Positions 11,573 through 21,631 of a stretch of 64,000 nucleotides of DNA are shown here, one piece after another. The notes below the pieces were generated by a model. It ran no database searches, was not told the DNA's origin, and was given only the letters and a program-made list of their open reading frames with translations. Where the stretch lies: assembly GCA_964016885.1 (NCBI GenBank), contig OZ024740.1, positions 3,472,001 to 3,536,000 on the forward strand. The letters run 5' to 3'. The translations under genes were made by a program, and so were the position numbers. Source of the DNA: Eledone cirrhosa. Lineage: Eukaryota. The stretch's first letter is position 1, and every line of letters starts with the position of its first letter.

Positions 11573-13033
11573 CTATATATAGGGCTTAAAGTTTTGGAAG
11601 GAATGTCTGAGGCGGTGCTGGCAAGTTGCAAACACCTCAGATTTTTTGTTAAGTAGGTTACGGTTGGAGAAGATAATATTGTGTGTCTCTAGTATACAGA
11701 GGTTACAGAATTTATTAGGTGGTTTGTACGAGGTCGCGCTGCCTATCACTTCCCATTTGAGTGTGTATGGTTTATTTTTAGATTTTAGATAGTGTATGTA
11801 GCTAGAAAGTGAGGTGGAGTTGGCTAGGCTGTGCTTTTTGAACGAGTGGATGTGCGAGTTATATCTGATTTTGAAGCAGTTAGAAGTGGAGCCTACATAG
11901 GTTTCTGAAGAGTTATTAGTCGTGACTGTGCATGAGTATATGACATCCTTGGTTAGGCATTTTTTATCTAAAGGGCAGGTTCTATTAGCTCTACAGTTAC
12001 AATTATTCTGTGCGTTAGTCCGCTGGTTATAATGCAATGCGGAAGTCTGTGTGGTGGATATAGGATTTTGGGTGTTCGGGTTGGCAACCCTGGTGTTATT
12101 ACTTATACTAGTGTTATTTCTATTGTTACTGCCGTTGCTATTGTTGCTTGCTACAGTGGTATTTAGAGGGTTTGCATCCCGTTGTGATTTTGTTTGTTGG
12201 AAGTAAGAACTAATTTTACTATTATTGCTGCTAGCTATGTGGTATGCTAAGTTAGGCGTCGTAGAGTATGAGATTTTAATGGTGTTTTTGTTTAAGAGGT
12301 TGTGGTACTTGTGTCCTAGAGGGAAGTTTTTATCTAGTAGTGAGAAGAAAGCCCTAGGTATGTTGGTGGAGACATTTAGGTTGAAAGGAGGGTTGAAAAA
12401 TGTATTATTTCTTCTTCTATTTTTGCTTTTAGTGTTTGGTGTGTTGCTTCCTCCTAAGGCCTCACAGTAGTTTCCATGGTAATGGTTACTTCCTGTGGCA
12501 CCCTCCGCTTTGGTGTACTTGTGGTTGCTATTCCTATTATTAGATTTCCTCATGGACATGTTGTGCGAGATTATGTTGTAGCTATGTGTTTTCTTAGGTA
12601 GGAACTCAATTTCTATATTATGGCCGGAGCTAGCTAATGCTTGATTGTAATATTGTGAGTTTTTGCTAAATATGTTTGCGTCATAGGACCGACTAGAGAT
12701 TCTATTGGACACCCCCTTAGAGATAGAGTTTAATATTGATCTAGGGTGATTAGACTTGGTATCTACGTAAATAAGTTTCTCATTAGGCTTATGGAAAGGT
12801 GTATATATTTTTGAGTCTAGGTATAGTGTGGCGTCTAGGAAGTTAACATTTTTAGTGTTTTTGTCCATGGTGATACTAAGGTTAAAGTTTTTGAATGTCT
12901 TATGCAGTTGTTTTCTAGTTCTTTCTATATTAAATTTTTTATATTCTATGAGTAGAAGTGCATCATCGCGGTACAAACCACCGTTGAGGTAAGGGAGGTC
13001 TTTATGGATTTCATTGAGGAGGTATAGGCCGAC
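11573..13033 (-). pseudogene. Penelope-like RT (C-terminal half) plus GIY-YIG endonuclease, uninterrupted but 5'-truncated
   Basis: ORF track 11573..12976; the same frame extends to 13033 (VGLYLLNEIHKDLPYLNGGLYRDD); no internal stops. Confidence 0.9.
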
Positions 13034-13040
13034 ATTTCAA

Positions 13041-13080
13041 AAGATGGCTTTTGCAGACACATCGAAACCGGTCATTTTTT
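13041..13080 (+). ncRNA. 3' half of a hammerhead motif (5' core missing)
   Basis: AAGATG-GCTTTTGCAGACA-CATC GAAA CCGG TC: stem GATG/CATC, GAAA, palindromic CCGG, GTC triplet; the CTGANGA core is cut off at the junction with the Penelope ORF. Confidence 0.5.
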
Positions 13081-13216
13081 ATACCCTTTATTATTTCCTT
13101 ACCTTATAAAATTATATGTTTTTTCACAAAAAAGTATTCTGTCTCTTATATATTCCATGTGCCATTACCAACCTCAATTTTCTCTATAACCTTCGTTTTG
13201 TGTAGAAAATTACACT

Positions 13217-13309
<93 letters not shown>

Positions 13310-13379
13310 AGCAAACAGATTTCACATTGAGGTTTTAATTGGTTATGAACGTTTCACAGATGGGTGACTCAGGATCTAT

Positions 13380-16300
13380 ATTAGTGTTATAACCATTAGT
13401 GTTATAGTCATTAGTGTTATAGTCATTAGTGTTATAGTCAATAGTGTTATAGTCATTAGTATTATAGTCATTAGTGTTATAGTCATTAGTGTTATAGTCA
13501 TTAGTGTTATAGTCATTAGTGTTATAGTCATTAGTGTTATAGTCATTAGTGTTATAGTCAATAGTGTTATAGTCAATAGTGTTATAACCATTAGTGTTAT
13601 AGTTATTAGTGTTATAGTCATTAGTGTTATAGTCATTAGTGTTATAGTCATTAGTGTTATAACCATTAGTGTTATAGTCATTAGTGTTATAGTCATTAGT
13701 GTTATAGTCAATAGTGTTATAACCATTAGTGTTATAGTCATTAGTGTTATAGTCATTAGTGTTATAGTCAATAGTGTTATAACCATTAGTGTTATAGTTA
13801 TTAGTGTTATAGTCATTAGTGTTATAGTCATTAGTGTTATAGTCATTAGTGTTATAGTCATTAGTGTTATAGTCATTAGTGTTATAGTCATTAGTGTTAT
13901 AGTCATTAGTGTTATAGTCAATAGTGTTATAACCATTAGTGTTATAACTATTAGTGTTATAACCATTAGTGTTATAGTCATTAGTGTTATAGTCAATAGT
14001 GTTATAGTCATTAGTGTTATAGTCATTAGTGTTATAACCATTAGTGTTATAACCATTAGTGTTATAGTCATTAGTGTTATAGTCATTAGTGTTATAACCA
14101 TTAGTGTTATAACCATTAGTGTTATAACCATTAGTGTTATAGTCATTAGTGTTATAGTCAATAGTGTTATAGTCATTAGTGTTATAGTCATTAGTGTTAT
14201 AGTCATTAGTGTTATAACCATTAGTGTTATAACCATTAGTGTTATAGTCATTAGTGTTATAGTCATTAGTGTTATAGTCATTAGTGTTATAACCATTAGT
14301 GTTATAGTCATTAGTGTTATAGTCATTAGTGTTATAACCATTAGTGTTATAGTCATTAGTGTTATAGTCAATAGTGTTATAACCATTAGTGTTATAGTTA
14401 TTAGTGTTATAGTCATTAGTGTTATAGTCATTAGTGTTATAACCATTAGTGTTATAGTCATTAGTGTTATAGTCAATAGTGTTATAGTCATTAGTGTTAT
14501 AGTCATTAGTGTTATAGTCATTAGTGTTATAGTCATTAGTGTTATAGTCATTAGTGTTATAACCATTAGTGTTATAGTCATTAGTGTTATAGTCATTAGT
14601 GTTATAGTCATTAGTGTTATAACCATTAGTGTTATAGTCATTAGTGTTATAGTCAATAGTGTTATAGTCATTAGTGTTATAGTCATTAGTGTTATAGTCA
14701 TTAGTGTTATAGTCATTAGTGTTATAGTCATTAGTGTTATAACCATTAGTGTTATAGTCATTAGTGTTATAGTCATTAGTGTTATAGTCATTAGTGTTAT
14801 AGTCAATAGTGTTATAGTCATTAGTATTATAACCATTAGTGTTATAGTCATTAGTGTTATAACCATTAGTGTTATAGTCATTAGTGTTATAGTCAATAGT
14901 GTTATAGTCATTAGTGTTATAGTCATTAGTGTTATAGTCATTAGTGTTATAACCATTAGTGTTATAACCATTAGTGTTATAGTCATTAGTGTTATAGTCA
15001 ATAGTGTTATAACCATTAGTGTTATAGTCATTAGTGTTATAGTCAATAGTGTTATAGTCATTAGTGTTATAGTCATTAGTGTTATAGTCATTAGTGTTAT
15101 AGTCATTAGTGTTATAGTCATTAGTATTATAGTCATTAGTGTTATAGTCATTAGTGTTATAGTCATTAGTGTTATAGTCATTAGTGTTATAGTCATTAGT
15201 GTTATAGTCATTAGTGTTATAGTCATTAGTGTTAGTCATTAGTGTTATAGTCATTAGTGTTATAACCATTAGTGTTATAGTCATTAGTGTTATAGTCAAT
15301 AGTGTTATAGTCATTAGTGTTATAGTCATTAGTGTTATAGTCATTAGTGTTATAGTCATTAGTGTTATAGTCATTAGTGTTATAACCATTAGTGTTATAA
15401 CCATTAGTGTTATAGTCATTAGTGCTATAGTCATTAGTGTTATAGTCATTAGTGTTATAGTCATTAGTGTTATAGTCATTAGTGTTATAACCATTAGTGT
15501 TATAGTCATTAGTGTTATAACCATTAGTGTTATAACCATTAGTGTTATAGTCAATAGTGTTATAACCATTAGTGTTATAGTCATTAGTGTTATAACTATT
15601 AGTGTTATAGTCAATAGTGTTATAACCATTAGTGTTATAGTCATTAGTGTTATAGTCATTAGTGTTATAGTCATTAGTGTTATAACCATTAGTGTTATAG
15701 TCATTAGTGTTATAGTCATTAGTGTTATAGTCATTAGTGTTATATTCATTAGTGTTATAGTCAATAGTGTTATAACCATTAGTGTTATAGTCATTAGTGT
15801 TATAGTCATTAGTGTTAGTCAATAGTGTTATAACCATTAGTGTTATAGTCATTAGTGTTATAGTCATTAGTGTTATAACCATTAGTGTTATAGTCATTAG
15901 TGTTATAGTCATTAGTGTTATAGTCATTAGTGTTATAGTCATTAGTGTTATAACCATTAGTGTTATAACCATTAGTGTTATAACCATTAGTGTTATAGTC
16001 ATTAGTGTTATAGTCATTAGTGGTATAACCATTAGTGTTATAGTCATTAGTGCTATAGTCATTAGTGTTATAACCATTAGTGTTATAGTCATTAGTGTTA
16101 TAGTCATTAGTGTTATAACCATTAGTGTTATAGTCATTAGTGTTATAGTCATTAGTGTTATAGTCATTAGTGTTATAGTCATTAGTGTTATAGTCATTAG
16201 TGTTATAGTCATTAGTGTTATAATCATAAGTGTTATAGTCATTAGTGTTATAGTCATTAGTGTTAGTCATTAGTGTTATAGTCATTAGTGTTATAGTCAT

Positions 16301-17444
16301 TAGTGTTATACTCATTAGTGTTATAGTCATTAGTGTTATAGTCATTAGTGTTTATAACCATTAGTGTTATAGTCATTAGTGTTTATAACCATTAGTGTTA
16401 TAGTCATTAGTGTTATAGTCATTAGTGTTATAGTCATTAGTGTTAAAGTCATTAGTGTTATAGTCATTAGTGTTATAGCCATTAGTGTTATACTCATTAG
16501 TGTTATAGTCATTAGTGTTATAATCATAAGTGTTATAGTCATTAGTGTTATAGTCATTAGTGTTATAGTCATTAGTGTTAGTCATAAGTGTTATAGTCAT
16601 TAGTGTTATGACCATTAGTGTTATAGTCATTAGTTTTATAGTCATTAGTGTTATAACCATTAGTGTTATAGTCATTAGTGTTATAGTCATTAGTGTTATA
16701 GTCATTAGTGTTATAGTCATTAGTGTTATAGTCATTAGTATTACAACCATTAGTGTTATAGTCAGTAGTGTTATAGTCATTAGTGTTATAGTCATTAGTC
16801 TTATAGTCATTAGTGTTATAGTCATTAGTGTTATAGTCATTAGTGTTATAGTCATTAGTGTTATAACCATTAGTGTTATAACCATTAGTGCTATAGCCAT
16901 TAGTATTATAACCATTAGTGTTATAGTCATTAGTGTTATAGTCATTAGTGTTATAACCATTAGTGTTATAGTCATTAGTGTTATAGTCATTAGTGTTATA
17001 GTCATTAGTGTTATAACCATTAGTGTTATAACCATTAGTGTTATAGTCATTAGTATTATAACCATTAGTGTTATAGTCATTAGTGTTATAGTCATTAGTG
17101 TTATAGTCATTAGTGTTATAACCATTAGTGTTATAGTCATTAGTGTTATAGTCATTAGTGTTATAACCATTAGTGTTATAGTCATTAGTGTTATAGTCAT
17201 TAGTGTTATAGTCATTAGTGTTATAGTCATTAGTGTTATAGTCATTAGTGTTATAACCATTAGTGTTATAGTCATTAGTGTTATAGTCATTAGTGTTATA
17301 ACCATTAGTGCTATAGCCATTAGTATTATAACCATTAGTGTTATAGTCATTAGTGTTATAGTCATTAGTGTTATAGTCATTAGTGTTATAACCATTAGTG
17401 CTATAGCCATTAGTATTATAACCATTAGTGTTATAGTCATTAGT
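13380..17444. repeat. 15-bp minisatellite (TTAGTGTTATAGTCA)n, about 270 copies
   Basis: Directly visible period of 15; recurring variants ..TAACCA and ..TCAATAG; rare 13-bp units (about 15232, 15815, 16263, 16578) and 16-bp units (about 16351, 16382). Confidence 0.98.
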
Positions 17445-17445
17445 T

Positions 17446-18172
17446 TTAAGCCGTACAGTGTCTAGCAACCAACGTTGTCCTTTTGTTCAACACTGACAAA
17501 GCAACGATGTACTAGTTTGAAGCTTATTAGCTATCGTCAGCACCGTATACCTTCCTGCCAGATGATTGAACGTCTGAAAGTATATACTTTACTTATGCAT
17601 ATTAATGGCTGAGCAGCATAATTTGCATATCAAGTGAGTTAATCGGCCGGGCGCACTGAAAACGATAAATGGAAAAAATGAAACGAAATTTCATTTCTCA
17701 CTCTTAGTACGGCTGTTACTTAAATATAAGTATGTATACGTACATACATATATGTATACATACGTACAGTAGTATGTATATATACATACATGCACACATA
17801 TATATATGTACATATGAATTCACCGAACATTTATTATAATGCTCGGTATGTTTGTAAACAAACATCCCGAATTAAGGCATACAGTGTTTAGCAACCAGCC
17901 GTTAATATGCATAAGGAAAGTATATACTTTCAGACGTTCAATCATCTGGCAGGAAGGTATACGGTGCTGACGATAGCTAATAAGCTTGAAACTAGTACAT
18001 CGTTGCTTTGTCAGTGTTGAACAAATGAGCAACGATGGTTGCTAAACACACCGAGTATTATAATAAATGTTTGGTGTATCCATACATACATATATATATA
18101 TGTGTGCATGTATGTATATATATACATACTACTGTACGTCTGTATATATATATGAATGTACGTATACATACT

Positions 18173-18178
<6 letters not shown>
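17446..18178. repeat. compound inverted-repeat (foldback/MITE-like) structure
   Basis: 17458-17611 is inverted at 17896-18049; 17723-17853 is inverted at 18044-18178; 17446-17470 is directly repeated at 17872-17896. Confidence 0.85.
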
Positions 18179-18233
<55 letters not shown>

Positions 18234-18243
18234 TACAAAAATA

Positions 18244-18347
<104 letters not shown>

Positions 18348-18581
18348 TGTATACATATATATATTTATATATAAATATATATATGAGAGTGTTAAGGTTT
18401 GCTAGAAGCATTGTGGAATATGAAAAATAGTCTTTTTTTTTTCCAAAAAAAGGTCTCTCCCTCTATATATGATATCATCATATATCTACATATATATATA
18501 TATATATGATGATATATATATATATGTATTTGTTTTCAGTCAGGAATATGCAATATTGGCAACATGACCATCCCCAAATGT

Positions 18582-18622
<41 letters not shown>

Positions 18623-18656
18623 TATATACATACATACATATATACATATATACACA

Positions 18657-18975
18657 GGACCATGACCTCTGTCACGCAATAATACAGAAGACCCAACTTC
18701 TCACAGGTACAAGCCGAAGCTGAAGCATATGGACAAGATGCCCCCACCCTGTCCCACTGTAAAGTCGACGTGTAGGCTCCACGGAAAAAAAGCACCCAGC
18801 ACTCACTGTAAATGAGGTTGGTGTTAGGAAGGGCATCCAGCTGTAGAAATCAAGCCAGAATCAGTTCCCGTATGAGCAAGGCATGGTCAGCTCACCGGAC
18901 ACTGCCCACAACAAGACAACCCATCTAGCCCATGCTAGCGTAGAACAGGCATAAAACGGTGATGATGATGATGAT
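18657..18975 (+). mobile_element. 3' stub of RTE-type LINE with (GAT)n tail
   Basis: Matches the end of the ORF (GACCATGACCTCT..) and 3' UTR of the LINE at 21632-24123; flanked by TA-rich microsatellite. Confidence 0.87.
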
Positions 18976-19301
18976 ATATGTGTATATATACACACACACA
19001 CACATATATATATATATACACACACACACCATATAAATATATAAATATATATTTATATATATATATATTAAAATAACAGATTAAAGTTTAAGCAAAGAAT
19101 CGCTGCTTTCACCCTTAACGGGATCTTCTGAAGCAGTTTCATAAATATTTGCTCTACGGTTCTTATATATTTGATATATATTATCCTTATCGAGCCCTCT
19201 TTGGATTTTAGTCTTCAAATTTATTATTATTACTATTTATACATATATATACACACACATACACATTTATATATGCTAGCATTGAAAGTGGACGTTAAAT
19301 G

Positions 19302-19333
<32 letters not shown>

Positions 19334-20581
19334 AACACATACATACACACACACACACATTACATGCATGCGATTATTGGAAGAATGGTGTTCATCACAA
19401 GGAGTATTTTACTTTGGAAAATTGAAATTATTTATGCAGGATAAATTTTAAATACACAAGAATTCGTGCTGAAAAAAAAAGATCTAAAAAAAAGAGTCTA
19501 CTCACAATAAAATACAATAATAACAAAACAAAAAAACACACACAAAACAAATAAACATTCTCTAGAGAATAAATTCTAGCTCTGCATAGCATAAATGTAG
19601 CCATTATTGTATGGAACTGTGAATAGAAAGCAGTAGTTTTATTGAGATAATTCAGGTATTAAGAATTTCTGCAGTAAAAAGCTATGTATGGACAATTATT
19701 TGTCACAGAATCAAGAGAGAAAGGACATTTATTCTGAGAGAAACCAATTCTAACACTGTTACTGTTGATATTGATGGTGTTAGTGTTGTTGATATTGTTC
19801 CTGTTATTGTTGTAATTCTAGTTATTACTGTTGTTGTTATTGATGTCATGATTCCTTTCAATACTTGTTTTGCTATATTTTTGTGTTTTTAAATATATAT
19901 ATATATTTAAAAAGCTCTTCTGTTTCTATTCAGCCAGAAGCTAGCTTTAATATCACTCAAGAATATAACATAGCCAGATATCACTTCAGTCTGCCAACCT
20001 ATATCATCAATAGCAATATCATCCTTTTGTCTAAAACGATATAACTTCCACAGTAATTCAGCTAATATTATTATTATTAATGCACTGGGTAATTGCTGGC
20101 CTTGTGCCAAAAGTAAAAACAATTATTATTATTGTTATTATTTTATAACTCTAAATCTCCCTTGTGACATCATAGTTATATACATTAATACCAATATTTT
20201 CATGCTCTGATATCATGATAATAGCAATATCAATTATATAGATATTCCTCTTATACCACGCCCCCGGGTGGTATCAACAAGCCTCATCTTATACCAGCAG
20301 TATTTTGTTTGTATAGGAGTTTACGAACAAGAGGAAAAGTACTCAATACCTAAGGGGAGTGTAATTATATATTATAATGCTGAGATTTTGTGCCATTGCT
20401 ACTTTGAGTTTCATAATTCTTCCCTCATCACGCACACACACACACACACATATATATGAAGTGTTTCCGCAGGAAAGGTAAAGGAAAAGAGAGTGCTCTA
20501 TGTAGGCTACAGAGCTTTTTAGTTATTAACTATTAGTTAATATATATATATATGTAGTTATTATATCTATATATATATATA

Positions 20582-20812
20582 CTGAGGTTGGCTGGACATG
20601 CTCACCGACATCCAGAGTTGACATTGCACTCAGTGCTCCTTTGGGAGCCCCTACATGGACACACTAGAAGAGGAAGACCAAGGTTAACATATGTTGATGC
20701 CCTAAGGACAGACACTGGTCTGTTGGAGATGCAGGATATGGCAGCGATAATGAGGGACAGAGACCGCTGGAGAGAACTCGTCCATGGATCTCGGGAATTT
20801 TACCCGCCTTAG
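20582..20812 (+). mobile_element. 3' fragment of a second RTE-like LINE family
   Basis: LRLAGHAHRHPE...[28 protein letters not shown]....MRDRDRWR is the typical RTE C-terminal region; bounded by (TA)n on both sides. Confidence 0.8.
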
Positions 20813-20902
20813 ATATATATATATATACATATATACACACACATATATATACACACATATATATATATGCTTATATATATACATATATACACACACATAT
20901 AT

Positions 20903-20974
<72 letters not shown>

Positions 20975-21089
20975 ATGATGATGATGATATATATATAGGC
21001 GGGTTGTCCCATTTGAGGCAAGTTGGGTCAGGTGACCGCATCTTGGTCACATAGAACTGTTTCTGGCTAGATTTCTCCGAGTGAGAAGA

Positions 21090-21173
21090 ACCCTCTGACG
21101 AGAGTCTCCTTCTCGATGATAGTCCGCATGGATTATCCATTTATTTTGAGACTTGAAACCGCGCGGTAAGGGT
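21090..21173 (+). ncRNA. minimal type I hammerhead ribozyme motif with intact core
   Basis: Stem I ACCCT/AGGGT, core CTGACGA (21095-21101), stem II GAGTCTC/GAGACTT closing a 39-nt loop, GAAA (21155-21158), perfect palindrome CCGCGCGG, cleavage triplet GTA (cut after 21168). Confidence 0.85.
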
Positions 21174-21631
21174 AAATATAGTAAGTACAGTGAGCTTTTT
21201 AAAATTTATTTAAAAACTTTTTCTCTATTCGGTAAACCTTGATTATATATGTTCTGGCTCATTAATTTATTAACCTGCCATAGAACCACATTGGCATACG
21301 GTTGGATAATACATGTATATCCCTATATGCATTTTTTGCACATAGGAAAACATACTTTATTAATATATATATATATATATATATATCGGTCCCAGCGTTC
21401 TGTCCAGGTCAGTCTAAAATCTTTTCCTGAGTCCTGTATTTTCATTGCTGTGGTAATACGGCTGGACTGCCGATCGCTATATTTGATTTGCTAAGCTGTC
21501 TAAACATATTGTTATTACTCTGGGGTACTATCCCCATCCGAGTGCTAAAGCTACATACCGAATTTGCATTCGTTAGCTTGGCCGCAAACTAAAGCTTCGT
21601 ATATGCTGTACTAAAATTTGTATATATATAT

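Larger units (their letters stand above)
10055..13033 (-). mobile_element. 5'-truncated Penelope-like retroelement (Naiad-like) with about 1.5 kb 3' region and terminal HHR
   Basis: RT motif VGLYLL...GLYRDD, thumb HPRSILNSI..RIS, FFNPPF, CNCR..CPL..C, GIY-YIG (VIY..YVGST..FKIRYNSH) and CNLC..E...LLNKKSE..CQH; HHR-like motif at the 3' end next to (TA)n. The 3' boundary is inferred. Confidence 0.85.

Noticed and set aside
13380-17444. Interstitial telomeric repeat
   Set aside because: The unit contains TTAG but not TTAGGG or TTAGG; the period is 15.
13335-17468. ORFs of (YNTND)n, (MTITL)n and (VIVIS)n resembling pentapeptide-repeat or ice-binding proteins
   Set aside because: These are translations of a 15-bp minisatellite, with frames broken by 13- and 16-bp units and no unique domain or splice context.
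19095-19150. Minus-strand HHR-like motif CTGCTT CAGAAGA TCCC-GTTAA-GGGT GAAAGCAG
   Set aside because: The core is mutated and stem III and the cleavage triplet are absent. Kept only as a weak member of the cluster, not called as a feature.
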